Source: an uncultured Gemmatimonadales bacterium (lineage in GTDB: Bacteria > Gemmatimonadota > Gemmatimonadetes > Palauibacterales > Palauibacteraceae). From it: DNA of 64,000 bases. The stretch lies in contig CAWANJ010000006.1 in the NCBI GenBank assembly GCA_963783385.1, forward strand, positions 352,001 through 416,000. Reading direction: 5' to 3'. The position numbers and the translations under genes were made by a program. The notes beneath the pieces were generated by a model. That model did no database searches. It was given only the letters and a program-made list of their open reading frames with translations, and was not told the DNA's origin. Shown here piece by piece: positions 12,234-22,847 of this stretch (positions are counted from its first letter, which is position 1; every line of letters starts with the position of its first letter).

Positions 12234-13213
12234 CGGTCCTCGTAGCGCACGCGGGGATCCACGGCGGCATACAGCAGGTCCGCGACCAGGTTGCCGAGCA
12301 CCACCAGGGCGCCGAACAAGAAGGTCGCGGCCATCACGACCGGATAGTCCCGGGCCAGGATCGCGTTGTAGAGGAGACGGCCCATGCCGGGCCACGAGAA
12401 CACCACCTCGATGACCACCGTCCCCCCGAACAGGAGCGGCAGGTACAGGCCGAAGAGGCTCACGATGGGAAGGAGGGCGTTGCGGAGGGCGTGTCCCAGG
12501 ATGACCCGGCGCTCGGGGAGTCCCTTGGCGCGCGCAGTACGGATGTAGTCCTGTCCCACCACCTCGAGCATGGAGCCGCGCATGTACCGGGCGACCCCCG
12601 CGGCCGAGGCCAGGCCGAGCGCGATGACCGGCAGCACCAGGTGCCGGGCGCGGTCGGCCACCCTCCCCCACCAACCCAGGTACTCGTGGTCGATCGACAC
12701 CATCCCGGAGATGGGCAGGTGCAGCCAGGAGGAGATCGCCGGGCTCGACACAAGCAGGATCAGCATGAGCCCGAGCCAGAAGCCGGGCACCGAGTAGATG
12801 GCCAGGCCGAGGAGCGTGAGGACCTGGTCGGCGGCCGAGTACTGACGCACCGCCTGGACGACGCCGGCGGCGCAGCCGATCACGAAGATCAGGACCAGCG
12901 AGATCCCGCTCAGGAGGAGGGTGTTGGGGAGAGCGTCCAGGATCACCGCCGACACGGGCCTGTGCTGGCTGAAGCTGTAGCCGAAGTGACCCGTGAAGAA
13001 GGAGCGCAGCCAGTCCAGGTACTGGACCGGGAGCGGGCGATCGAGCCCCAGGTTCCTGCGCATCTGCTCAATGACGTCCGGCGGGATGTTGGGGTTGAAG
13101 TACGCGGTGGTCGGGTCCCCCGGCGCCAGGTGGAGCAGGAGAAAGGTCAGCGTGACGATCCCGAGCAGGAGCGGGATCGCCCCGAGCAGGCGCCGGCCCG
13201 TGTAGCGCAGCAC
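12230..13213 (-). CDS. Peptide ABC transporter permease (OppB/DppB-like)
   Basis: PGDP, GLDRPLPVQY, DYIRTARAKGL, HALRNA, DLLYAAVDPRVR. Confidence 0.92.
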   Translation of the reverse strand: MLRYTGRRLLGAIPLLLGIVTLTFLLLHLAPGDPTTAYFNPNIPPDVIEQMRRNLGLDRPLPVQYLDWLRSFFTGHFGYSFSQHRPVSAVILDALPNTLLLSGISLVLIFVIGCAAGVVQAVRQYSAADQVLTLLGLAIYSVPGFWLGLMLILLVSSPAISSWLHLPISGMVSIDHEYLGWWGRVADRARHLVLPVIALGLASAAGVARYMRGSMLEVVGQDYIRTARAKGLPERRVILGHALRNALLPIVSLFGLYLPLLFGGTVVIEVVFSWPGMGRLLYNAILARDYPVVMAATFLFGALVVLGNLVADLLYAAVDPRVRYEDR

Positions 13214-13228
13214 GCCGCCCGGCCCGCC

Positions 13229-14896
13229 TCAGCGGGGCCGGGGCACGAGCCCCCAGCGCGCCGCCGTGCGCAGTTCCCCGCGGACGTCTACGGCCACACC
13301 CCGGAGCGTGTGACGCAGGGCCACGGCCCGGTCCTCGTTGAACAGGAAGGTGTAGGGCTGGGCCTTCTCCACCATCTCGGCGTAGCGCCGCAGGAGCCGC
13401 CTCTTCCGGTCCAGGTCCAGGGCACGCGGGATCGAGTCCATGACGGCGTCCAGGGCCGGATCGCAGTAGCCGCTGAATTGGACGGGCTCGTCGCGGCGGT
13501 CGCAGGCCCAGTAGTCACGGTCGTCGATGACCAGGTCCTCGGTCCACGACAGCAGGAATGCGTCGAAGAGCCGCTCGGGACTCTGGATCGCCTGGGCCAG
13601 GGCAGCGAACTCCCGGGTCCTGGGAACCAGCGCCACACCGACCTTCGCGAGGTCCGCCTGGAGCATGACGGCAATGTCCTGCCGCGTCTGGCTCTGATTG
13701 GTGAGGAGCTCGAAACGGAAGGGATGGCCGTTCCGGTCCAGGACGCCGTCGCCATCGGTGTCCTTCCAGCCGGCGGCCGCGAGCAGCGCCCGGGCGGAGT
13801 CCGGGTCGTAGGGGATCGGACGCCACGCCGTATCGTAAGCCCAGTGCCACGGGCCGAGCGGGCCCGTCGCCACGCTCCCGAGGCCGGCCCGCACCGTCTG
13901 CAGGATCTGGCTGCGGTCCATGGCCATCGTGAGCGCCCGGCGCACCCGCGCATCCGCGAACAGGGGACGTCGCGTGTTCCAGGCCACGAACGCGTACGAC
14001 GTGGAGGGGAAGGAGAGCACCTCCAGGCTCGTGTCCCCGCGCACCCGCTCGACCTGGTCCGGGGGCAGGTTGAGGTACAGGTCCACGTCCCCGCGCTCGA
14101 GCTCGGTGAGCTCGGTGCTCTCGTCCGGGACGATCCTGTAGATGAGACGGTCGATTCGGGGGCGACCGCCGAGATCGGCGGGGAAGTCCGGATTGGCCTC
14201 GAACACCCAGCGGTCTCCCTGGTCGTGGCTCACGAAGCGGAACGGACCGTCGCCCACCGGCGCCGTCGAGTTGAACGCCGCCGTGGCCAGAGCGGAGTCG
14301 GGCACGCTTCCCAGCACGTGCTCGGGCACGATCGGCACCTGGGACCACGCGTACAGGAGCTGGCTGTAGGGCCGCAGCCAGAAGCGGACCGTGCGGGGCC
14401 CCTCCACCTGGACCGAGTCCCAGCGGTCGAAGTAGGCCCGGTTGGGGAACGGGAGGTCGGGGTCCTTGGCCTTTCGGAAGGTGAAAGCCACGTCGCCGGC
14501 GGTGACCGGCTCGCCATCCTGCCACTTCACGTCGTTCCGGAGGTGGAAGACGATCTGCGAGCTGTCGGCGTTCAGATCCCAGGAGCTGGCCAGCCACGGC
14601 ACCGGCTGGAGATCCGCACCGAGCTGCACGAGTGGCATGAACAATACATAGCGCTCGATCTGGCTGGCGAAGTAGTCGGGCGGCGGAACCAGGGGGTCGA
14701 CCCCTGGAATCTCCGCCCGAGCGGAGACCACGACCGTGCCCCCGTGCCCGGCCGAGTTGGCCCCCGGGGGCGGGGCGTGTCCGCCCGTCTCCCCGCCGCC
14801 GCAGGCCCACGCCGCCAGCGCCGCCAGCACCAGGATCCGGCCGGAGAGGCGACCCCCCGGCCGGCCATCCCGCTGGGACCGCCGCGGCCGCCTCAC
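13229..14896 (-). CDS. Peptide ABC transporter substrate-binding lipoprotein (family 5)
   Basis: Lipobox-like AWAC; LASSW..LRNDVKWQDGEPVTAGDVAFTF; PVGDGPFRF; DARVRRAL. Confidence 0.9.
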   Translation of the reverse strand: MRRPRRSQRDGRPGGRLSGRILVLAALAAWACGGGETGGHAPPPGANSAGHGGTVVVSARAEIPGVDPLVPPPDYFASQIERYVLFMPLVQLGADLQPVPWLASSWDLNADSSQIVFHLRNDVKWQDGEPVTAGDVAFTFRKAKDPDLPFPNRAYFDRWDSVQVEGPRTVRFWLRPYSQLLYAWSQVPIVPEHVLGSVPDSALATAAFNSTAPVGDGPFRFVSHDQGDRWVFEANPDFPADLGGRPRIDRLIYRIVPDESTELTELERGDVDLYLNLPPDQVERVRGDTSLEVLSFPSTSYAFVAWNTRRPLFADARVRRALTMAMDRSQILQTVRAGLGSVATGPLGPWHWAYDTAWRPIPYDPDSARALLAAAGWKDTDGDGVLDRNGHPFRFELLTNQSQTRQDIAVMLQADLAKVGVALVPRTREFAALAQAIQSPERLFDAFLLSWTEDLVIDDRDYWACDRRDEPVQFSGYCDPALDAVMDSIPRALDLDRKRRLLRRYAEMVEKAQPYTFLFNEDRAVALRHTLRGVAVDVRGELRTAARWGLVPRPR

Positions 14897-16502
14897 CGCT
14901 GCGCCTGCCCGGTCCAGCGCCAGCCCGGCAGCGTGAACAGCTCGCCCCTCGCATCCATGTGCACCCCCTCCAGGTCGCGGCTCACTCCGGCCAGCTCATC
15001 GTTCCAGAACAGGAAGGTGAACGGCTGATCCCGTTGCAGGACCTTTTCGAACGCCGCCCACGTGCGCCGGGCCCGCCCGGGATCGCTCGTCCGCGTCCCC
15101 ACCTCCATGAGGCTGTCGGCGACCCGGTTCGAGTAGGAGCTCCGGTTGGCGCTGCCCGGCGTGTTCGCCGCGCGGGTCGAGAACAGGGGCCTCGGGTCCA
15201 CCCTGAAATTGTCGAGGACCCAGTTCGTGAGCACGGCCTGGAAGTTCCGGGCCCGGTGACGGCTGAGCACCGTCTGCCACTCCAGTAGCTCCGGGTCGAC
15301 CTCGATCCCCACCTTCCCGAGCTGGGCCTGGATCATCTGGACCAGGTCCGGGAAGGTGGCGTTGGCCTGGCTGGCCAGGAGGCGGAACCGGAACGCGACG
15401 CCGTTCCGGTCCAGGACGCCGTCCCCGTCGGTGTCCCGCCATCCCGCCCGGGCCAGCAGAGCCCGGGCGGAGTCCGGGTCGTACGGGAGCGGTTGGAGGT
15501 GCGGAGCGTACGGGTGCCACGGCGGGATGGGACCGACCGCCGGCCGGCCGTGTCCGTACAGGGTGGCCTGCAGCAGGGCATGGCGATCGATGGCCATGGT
15601 GAGGGCCCGGCGCACGGCCGGGTCCCGGAACAGGGAGTCGCGGGTGTTCCACCCGAGGTAGGTGAACTGGCGCCAGGGGAAATCGGCCAGGCGGGCCCGC
15701 CTGGCCCCCTCCAGCCGCGGCGCCTCCTGGGGCTCGAGCGGTCCATCGACCTGAAGGTCCCCCCGCAGGAGTTCCTGCAGCCGGGTGGTCGCCTCGGGAA
15801 GGATTCGGTAGGAAACGCGGCGGATGGCCGCCGGCCCGCCGAGCGCCGCCGGGAAGGAGTCCACGGCCTCCAGGAGGATCTCCTGTCCCGCCTCCCAGCG
15901 CACCACGCGGTAGGGCCCGCTCCCCACCGGCTGGCGCCCGAAGGGAGCCTCGGCCACGTGCGCCGGGTCGACGCCCTCGAGGACGTGCTTCGGCACCGGC
16001 GGCCACACGAAGTCCTGCAGGGGGTCGGCGTGCGGCTCGGAGAAGCGGAAGCGGATGCGGTGCGGCCCCAGGACTTCGGCGCTGTCGACGTCGGTAAGGT
16101 AGGCCGCCGCCAGCGGCGAGGCCGTGGCCGGGTCCTTGGCCAGGTCGAAGGTGAACTTCACGTCCTCCGCGGTCACCGGCTTCCCGTCCTGCCAGCGCAC
16201 GTCGCTCCTCAGCTCGAACACCACGTCGGAGTCGGACAGGGTCCAGGAGCGGGCCAGCCACGGGCGCACGCGGTAGGCGGTGTCGTACGTGACGAGGGGC
16301 GTGTACAGGAGGGGGTACATCAGGTCGTTGGCGTTCTGGTCGGTGCTGACCACCGGGTCCAGGGTCTGCAGGTCCTCGGCGTAGCCGAGCACCAGGGTGC
16401 GGCCGCCGGTCTGTCCGGCGCCGCCCCCCCGCACGCTCCGACCATGACAAGCGCCGCGGCCACCGCGGGCACGATCCGCCTCCCCGAAGCTCTCCTCAGC
16501 AC
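14893..16502 (-). CDS. Second peptide ABC substrate-binding lipoprotein (family 5), frameshifted in a G-run right after the lipobox
   Basis: Mature domain 14893-16434 (LRSDVRWQDGKPVTAEDVKFTF, PVGSGPYR). The signal peptide MLRRASGRRIVPAVAAALVMVGAC from GTG 16502 is out of frame; one extra G in the G7 run (C7 on +, 16424-16430) joins them. Confidence 0.85.
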
Positions 16503-16521
16503 GCCGTCGAAGGTACGGCGC

Positions 16522-17372
16522 TCACCGTCTCCAGGTCCACGCCGGGTCCCGGTAGCGGGCCTCGAGTCGCTCGACGAGCCCGGGGTCCGGAAGGTCGAGG
16601 GGAGCGTCCACGACTTCGACGCCGAGCTCCTCGGAGAAACCGGCCTCAGCGCCGCGGCGAGCTCCTCGGCGCCGGGGACCCGCTCCAGCAGGTCCGCGAG
16701 GGCGGCGGCGCGCACGTTCGCCCCGTCACCCGGGCCACCGCCCGAGCCGGCCCGCTCCCCGCTCGCGAGGCGAAGTTGCTCGGCCGTAGCCTGATCGTCG
16801 TGCAGGAGGAGGGAGCCGTGCTGGAGAAGGGCTCCGCCGTCCCGCCACTGCGCGCTGCCGACCAGCTTGCGGCCCGCCGCCGTGATCTCGCCGGGAAGAG
16901 GGTCGCGGAAGCAGGCCCTCGTGGTGGGGGCCGGACTCCGCCTCCCCGGCCGTCGCTCGGCCTCCGCCACGGGGGCCCCGAGCAACGCGAGCCCGCGCAG
17001 CAGCGCCCGGTTGATGCGCAGGTAGCTGGCCCGCAGGCCGCCCCACAGCCCGGCGGGAGCCGTCACGGAGTAGGTGAGCTCCCGGTGATGGAAGACCGCG
17101 CGCCCGCCCGTCGGCCGGCGGACGACCTCGATGCCCCGGTCGCGCGCCGCCTCGAGGTCATAGCGGTCCCGCGCCCGCTGGTTCCTCCCGAAGGAGAGGC
17201 AGGGTGGGTCCCACCGGTACAGCCGCAGGGTGACCCGTCCGTGACGGGCCCCCGCCATCAGCGCCTCGTCGACCGCCATGTTGCGAGCGCCGGGCGCGGG
17301 TGGGTCGAGACGGAAGTGGAGGGGCCCGGCGAACGCCGGACCGACTATCGGCCTGCCTCCGGAAAAGTCCAT
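16522..17372 (-). CDS. Lipoate-protein ligase A / octanoyltransferase LipM family, frameshifted at ~16648
   Basis: NMAVDEAL, RRPTGGRAVFH, RKLVGSAQ, LQHGSL. The conserved-looking tail EAGFSEELG...ARYRDPAWTWRR* lies in the shifted frame ending at 16522. Confidence 0.85.
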
Positions 17373-18838
17373 CGGACGTCCAGCTCCCGGCCGGCCCGGC
17401 CCTCGTCCAGGCGCCGCACCGGCGTCGTGTGGGGGGCCGAACGCACCAGCTCCGGGTCCTCCTCGGCCTCCCGCGCGATCGAGTGGAGCGCGTCCACGTA
17501 GCGGTCCAGCTCCTCCTTCGTCTCCGTCTCGGTGGGCTCGGTCATGAGCGCCTCGGGAACGGTGAGCGGGAAGTAGATGGTCGGTGCGTGGAACCCATAG
17601 TCCAACAGCCGCTTGGCCACGTCCGACGTCCGGACGCCGAACCGCTTCTTGAGCTCCTCCCCGGTGAACACCGACTCGTGCATCCCGCGCCCGTACGGCA
17701 GAGGATAGGTGTCCGAGAGGAGCGCGCTCAGGTAGGCGTTGTTGAGCACGGCCGCCTCGGCCGTGTCACGCACCCCGCCCGAGCCGAGCATGCGGATGTA
17801 GGTGTAGGCGCGCACCATCACGCCGAAGTTGCCGTAGAAGCCGTGGATCTTCCCGATCGACTCGGGCCTGTCCCACTCCAGCACGTACTCGTCACCCCGC
17901 GCCTCAATGTGCGGGACGGGGAGGAAGCGGGCCAGCGGCTCCTTCACGGCCACGGGGCCCGCGCCCGGTCCACCGCCGCCGTGCGGGGTGCTGAAGGTCT
18001 TGTGCAGGTTGAAGTGGACGATGTCGTAGCCCATGTCTCCGGGGCGGACCACCCCCATCAGGGCGTTGAGATTGGCGCCGTCCATGTACATGAGCCCGCC
18101 GGCCCCGTGCACCAGGCGGCTGATCTCCTCGATCCTGGACTCGAACACTCCCAGCGTGTTCGGGTTGGTGAGCATCATTCCGGCGAGGTCGTCGCCGAGA
18201 GCCTGGCGGACGGCCTCGGGGTCCACCCGTCCCCCTTCGTCCGAGGGGAGCTCCACGCAGTCGAAGCCCGCCAGGGCCACGGTAGCGGGATTGGTCCCGT
18301 GCGCCGAGTCGGGAATGAGAACCCGTTTGCGCTGCGTGTCCCCGCGAGCGCGGTGGTAGGCGCGCATCAGAAGCACGCCCGTCATCTCGCCCTGTGCGCC
18401 GGCGGCGGGCTGCAGGCTCACCGCGTCCATGCCGGCCACCTCTCGCAGCATGCCCGCGAGCTCGTGCATGAGCGCCAGCGCCCCCTGCGCCGCCTCGTGC
18501 GGCGTGAACGGGTGGAGCTCGGCGAAGCCCGGAAGTCGGGCCGTCAGCTCGTTCACCTTGGGATTGTACTTCATCGTGCACGAGCCCAGCGGGTACAGGG
18601 CACGATCCACGTGGTGGTTCTTGAGCGAGAGCTCCGTGTAGTGCCGCACCACGACGTGCTCGGGCGCCTCGGGAAGGCGCGGCGGCTCACGCCGGCGGTG
18701 CGCCTCCGGCACCAGCTCCTCTCCGGCGGACACGGGGACGTCGGCGTCGGGCACGGACGTGCCTCGCCGCCCCGGCCGGGAGCGCTCGAAGATCGTGGGC
18801 GTCCACTCGCCCTGGAACGGGAAGGGAGGGCGTTCCAT
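17345..18838 (-). CDS. gcvPB: Glycine dehydrogenase (decarboxylating) subunit 2
   Basis: YPLGSCTMKYNP, SLQPAAGAQGE, SAHGTNPA and the PLP lysine motif HFNLHKTFSTPHGGGGPG. Confidence 0.95.
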   Translation of the reverse strand: MERPPFPFQGEWTPTIFERSRPGRRGTSVPDADVPVSAGEELVPEAHRRREPPRLPEAPEHVVVRHYTELSLKNHHVDRALYPLGSCTMKYNPKVNELTARLPGFAELHPFTPHEAAQGALALMHELAGMLREVAGMDAVSLQPAAGAQGEMTGVLLMRAYHRARGDTQRKRVLIPDSAHGTNPATVALAGFDCVELPSDEGGRVDPEAVRQALGDDLAGMMLTNPNTLGVFESRIEEISRLVHGAGGLMYMDGANLNALMGVVRPGDMGYDIVHFNLHKTFSTPHGGGGPGAGPVAVKEPLARFLPVPHIEARGDEYVLEWDRPESIGKIHGFYGNFGVMVRAYTYIRMLGSGGVRDTAEAAVLNNAYLSALLSDTYPLPYGRGMHESVFTGEELKKRFGVRTSDVAKRLLDYGFHAPTIYFPLTVPEALMTEPTETETKEELDRYVDALHSIAREAEEDPELVRSAPHTTPVRRLDEGRAGRELDVRWTFPEAGR

Positions 18839-19530
18839 CAGAACTCGTAGCTCTCGCCCGGGGAGAGAATCACGACCTCGGCCAGGTCGCCCACGTCCTC
18901 CCGGAACGCCTCGGGGTCCTGCTCGATGACCTCGAAGGTGTCGTAGTGGATCGGGATCACCACCCCGGGCCGGATCATGTCGACCGCCCGCACGGCGTCG
19001 GCCGGACCCATGGTGAAGTTGTCCCCGATCGGGAGCAGGGCCACGTCCACGCGGTCGCGCAGGAGCTCGAACTCCCTGGTGAGCGAGGTGTCGCCGGCGT
19101 GATACACGCTCTTCCCGTCCACCCCCATGAGGAGGCCCGCCGGGAAGGTGGTGTACGCGCCGCCGTTCTCGCCCGCCACCTGTCCGCCGTGGAAGGCCGG
19201 CGTGAGCTGCACCCGCCCGAACGGGAACTGGAATCCGCCCCCAATGTGCAGGGGGTGGGCGTTCTCGACGCCTTCCTCGTTCTGCGCGTAGGCCACCAGC
19301 TCGAAGGTGGCGATCAGGGTCGCCCCGCTGCGGCGCAGGATCTCGTACGCGTCGCCCGTGTGGTCGAAGTGGCCGTGCGTGAGCAGCACGTAGTCCAGGT
19401 CGTCGTAGAACGGCTCGGGGCCCACGTCCGCGAGCGGGTTGTCGGTGAGCCACGGGTCAATGAGCAGGCGCGTCCCGTCCGCCGTGCGGATCTCCGTGCA
19501 CGCGTGCCCGTGGAATGTCAGCTGTCCCAT
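18838..19530 (-). CDS. Metal-dependent hydrolase, metallo-beta-lactamase fold (UPF0173-like)
   Basis: IDPWL, THGHFDH, YHAGDT, LLPIGDNFTMGP, PIHYDTF. Confidence 0.9.
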   Translation of the reverse strand: MGQLTFHGHACTEIRTADGTRLLIDPWLTDNPLADVGPEPFYDDLDYVLLTHGHFDHTGDAYEILRRSGATLIATFELVAYAQNEEGVENAHPLHIGGGFQFPFGRVQLTPAFHGGQVAGENGGAYTTFPAGLLMGVDGKSVYHAGDTSLTREFELLRDRVDVALLPIGDNFTMGPADAVRAVDMIRPGVVIPIHYDTFEVIEQDPEAFREDVGDLAEVVILSPGESYEF

Positions 19531-19564
19531 GTTTCGCTCCTCTCCACTGCTCCGGCGGGAGGCA

Positions 19565-20902
19565 TCATCCCGCCAGCACCTCGATGAGATCGTCGATCTC
19601 CGCCCGGTTCCGCTTCTCCGTGAACGCCAGGATCAGGCCGTCGGGAGCCCCGAGCTCGGGGAAGCGCGACAGGCTGATGCCCGCCAGGATTCCGCGGGCG
19701 ATCCCCCGTCTCAGCACCTCGCGCGAATCCTCTTCCGTCCGGACCGCGAACTCGCGCAGGTACGGGGAGTCGGGGTGGAGCGGCTCGACGCCCGCGAGCG
19801 CCTCGATGCGCTCGCGGGCGTACCTTGCGTTGCGGACCGAGGTCTCGGCCACCCGTCGGAGGCCGTCCCTGCCCACGGTCGCCAGGTAGACGGTCGCCGC
19901 CAGGGCGTTCAGCCCCTGGTTCGTGCAGATGTTGCTGGTCGCCTTCTCGCGCCGGATCTGCTGCTCGCGGGTCTGGAGCGTGAGCACGTACCCCCGGCGT
20001 CCCTCCTCGTCGACCGTGGCTCCCGCGATGCGCCCCGGCATCTGCCGGATGAGCTTGCGGCGTGAGGCGAAAAGTCCGACCACCGGACCGCCGAAGCTGG
20101 CCGCGTTTCCGAACGGCTGCCCCTCGCAGGTCACGATGTCGGCACCGGCCTCTCCCGGGGATCGCACCACGGCCAGCGACACGGCGTCGGCCACGGCCGT
20201 CACCAGAAGCGCTCCCCTGTCGTGCGCGGCGGCGGCCAGCGATTCCAGGTCCTCCAGAAGACCGTAGAAGTTGGGGTTCTGGACGATCACGCACGCCGTG
20301 TCGTCGTCAATGGCGTCGGCCACGGCCGCCGCGTCGAGGAGTCCATCGGCGCCGGGTGCGACCACGTCGACCGCCCGGGCGCTCCCCTCGCAGTACGTGT
20401 CGACGACCTTCCTGTAGTGCGGATGGAGCGATCCGGCCAGGAGGATCCTGCCGCGGCGCTTCACCGAGAGAGCCATGAGCGCCGCCTCTCCGGTGGCCGT
20501 CGCGCCATCGTACATCGAGGCGTTGGCGACCTCCATGCCCGTGAGCTCGCACACCATGGTCTGGAACTCGTAGATCACCTGCAGGGTGCCCTGCGAGACC
20601 TCGGGCTGATACGGCGTGTAGGCCGTATAGAACTCGCTGCGCCTCAGGATGTGGTCGACGGCCGCCGGGACGTGGTGGTCGTAGATCCCGCCGCCGGCGA
20701 AGCTGACCAGGGACGGATTGCCCTCGGCGAGCTCGCGGAGGCGGCGAACCGCCTCCCATTCGGACAGGGGCGCGGGGAGGTCCAGGGGCTCGTCGAGCAC
20801 GAGACTGGCTGGCACGTCCCGGAAGAGCTCCGGGACATCCGAAGCGCCGATCCGTCGCAACATCTCTCGTCGGTCGGCATCGCTGTGCGGTACGAAGGTC
20901 AT
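19565..20902 (-). CDS. gcvPA: Glycine dehydrogenase (decarboxylating) subunit 1
   Basis: EFYTAYTPYQPEVSQGTLQ, NASMYDG, LQTREQQIRREKATSNICTNQ. Confidence 0.95.
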   Translation of the reverse strand: MTFVPHSDADRREMLRRIGASDVPELFRDVPASLVLDEPLDLPAPLSEWEAVRRLRELAEGNPSLVSFAGGGIYDHHVPAAVDHILRRSEFYTAYTPYQPEVSQGTLQVIYEFQTMVCELTGMEVANASMYDGATATGEAALMALSVKRRGRILLAGSLHPHYRKVVDTYCEGSARAVDVVAPGADGLLDAAAVADAIDDDTACVIVQNPNFYGLLEDLESLAAAAHDRGALLVTAVADAVSLAVVRSPGEAGADIVTCEGQPFGNAASFGGPVVGLFASRRKLIRQMPGRIAGATVDEEGRRGYVLTLQTREQQIRREKATSNICTNQGLNALAATVYLATVGRDGLRRVAETSVRNARYARERIEALAGVEPLHPDSPYLREFAVRTEEDSREVLRRGIARGILAGISLSRFPELGAPDGLILAFTEKRNRAEIDDLIEVLAG

Positions 20903-20915
20903 GGGGGCGGGAAGC

Positions 20916-21308
20916 TCAGCCTTCGTCGAGATGGGCGCGGTAGGCTTCGGCCGTCAGAAGCCCTTCCACATCGGACGGATCGGAGGCCTTGAGCCGGATC
21001 ATCCAGCCTTCGCCGTACGGGTCGCTGTTCACGAGCGCCGGGTCGTCGTCCAGGGACGCGTTGATCTCCAGGACCTCTCCGGCCACCGGGCAGAACAGCT
21101 CGGACACGGCCTTGACGGCTTCAATGGTGCCGAACACCTCCATCTTGTCGAAGCTGTCGCCCGCGGCGGGAAGCTCGACGAACACCACGTCTCCGAGCTC
21201 GCTCTGCGCGTAGTCGGTGATGCCCACGTAGAACTCGTCGTCGCCGTCGGCGGCGCGCACGTACTCGTGCTCCTCGGTGTAATGCAGCCCCTCGGGAACT
21301 TCGGACAT
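20916..21308 (-). CDS. gcvH: Glycine cleavage system H protein
   Basis: GITDYAQSELGDVVFVELP, lipoyl lysine EAVKAVSE, NSDPYGEGW. Confidence 0.96.
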   Translation of the reverse strand: MSEVPEGLHYTEEHEYVRAADGDDEFYVGITDYAQSELGDVVFVELPAAGDSFDKMEVFGTIEAVKAVSELFCPVAGEVLEINASLDDDPALVNSDPYGEGWMIRLKASDPSDVEGLLTAEAYRAHLDEG

Positions 21309-21361
21309 TCCGTCTCCTCTCGTAGCTCCTGCGGCCCGGGCCGGCCGTGATCGAGGCGCCT

Positions 21362-21391
21362 ACGATACCCGGCCCTCGGATGGGACGTCAA
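21362..21391 (-). promoter_or_regulatory. Putative sigma70-type promoter for the gcvH operon
   Basis: Minus strand TTGACG-N18-TATCGT, about 55 bp upstream of gcvH. Confidence 0.45.
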
Positions 21392-21458
21392 CCGTGCCGA
21401 CTGCAACGTCCGTTCCCGCCACCCGGCCGGCGCCGCGGCCGGGCTCGCGGAGGGCGGA

Positions 21459-22526
21459 CTACAGCCAGCCCTTGCGACTGAAGTAGGCCAGGAGACCGAG
21501 CGCGATCACCGCCATGAGAACCAGCACCGCCGGGTACGCCCAGGGCAGGGCCAGCTCCGGCATGTGCTGGAAGTTCATGCCGTACACGCCGGCGACGAAG
21601 GTGAGCGGGATGAAGATGGAGGCCATGATGGTGAGCACCTTCATGATCTCGTTCATGCGGTTGCTGACGCTGGACAGGTAGGTGTCCAGGAGGCCCGACA
21701 CGATGTCGCGCAGCGTCTCGCCGGTGTCGAGCACCTGGATGGTGTGGTCGTAGATGTCCCGCACGTAGATCCGCACCGGGGCCGTGACCAGGGATGTGCC
21801 CTCCCGCCCCAGCGACGAGACGACCTCTCGCAGCGGCCAGGTGGCCTTGCGCAGGAGGAGCATCTCGCGTTTGACCCGGTGGATCTCCTCCATCGTCGAG
21901 GGCACCGGCTCGGTCACGACCTCGTCCTCGAGCTCCTCGATCCACTCCCCCACGCCCTCCAGGACCGCGAAGTAGTGGTCCACGACAGCGTCCATGAGCG
22001 AGTAGGCCAGGTAGTCGGGTCCCATGGTGCGGATGCGACCCTTGCCCGTCCGAATCCGCTCGCGCACGGAGCCGAAGATGTCGCCGGGTCGCTCCTGGAA
22101 GGAGATCACGAACCGGGGGCCCAGAATGAGACTGACCTGCTCGTCCTCGACCCGGTGAGTCTCCTCCGAGAACGTGATCATCTTCATCACCATGAACAGG
22201 TAGTCCTGGAAGTCCTCGAGCTTGGGCCGCTGCTCGGTGTTGACCAGGTCTTCGAGCACCAGGGGATGCAGGCCGAATTCCGACCCCAGCCTCGCGATCA
22301 GCTCCATGTCCTGCAGGCCCACGACATCCAGCCAGGTGACCGTGGGCGAATCCCGGAACGGCAGACATTCCTCCACCGACGCGATCTCGAGTTCCTCGAG
22401 GCGCTGCGCGTCGTAGTCCATGACCGTGAGCTGGACGCGCTCGAGCGTCGGAACCTCGACCGGCACCAGAGAGCCCGGCGGCAGGCCCAGCTTGTGCCCT
22501 CTGCGGGTGATGAAGCGGGGTGCCAT
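21459..22526 (-). CDS. corA: Magnesium/cobalt transporter CorA
   Basis: GLHPLVLED, QRPKLED, MNEIMKVLT and the YGMNF signature followed by MPEL. Confidence 0.95.
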   Translation of the reverse strand: MAPRFITRRGHKLGLPPGSLVPVEVPTLERVQLTVMDYDAQRLEELEIASVEECLPFRDSPTVTWLDVVGLQDMELIARLGSEFGLHPLVLEDLVNTEQRPKLEDFQDYLFMVMKMITFSEETHRVEDEQVSLILGPRFVISFQERPGDIFGSVRERIRTGKGRIRTMGPDYLAYSLMDAVVDHYFAVLEGVGEWIEELEDEVVTEPVPSTMEEIHRVKREMLLLRKATWPLREVVSSLGREGTSLVTAPVRIYVRDIYDHTIQVLDTGETLRDIVSGLLDTYLSSVSNRMNEIMKVLTIMASIFIPLTFVAGVYGMNFQHMPELALPWAYPAVLVLMAVIALGLLAYFSRKGWL

Positions 22527-22847
22527 GCGCGTTCCTCCCTGTCGCGGGGCGGGAGCCCCTCGGGGGGCGGTCGGCTCGCGGGTCGCGGCCCTTTCCCGGG
22601 GGGCAGTGCTTCGCGCTCCAACCTACGGGCTGCGGAGCGGGGACGCAGGGCCGCGTAGGGGCCGCCGACCGCGGGACGCGCGCGCGCGGCTTCCGCGGAA
22701 CTCGCTCGGCGCCCATACGGGCCCTGACGGCCGAGGCCCTTGTGGCGTAGTGGCATGGGAGATCCACATATTGAGACCGTAGACAGGAATCCGTCCCTTC
22801 CGAATTCGTACGGGACCAATGGCCGCACCCCGGGGAGCGTGAACGCC

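Noticed and set aside
21309-21458. Glycine riboswitch upstream of gcvH
   Set aside because: The leader is too short and no aptamer consensus was seen.
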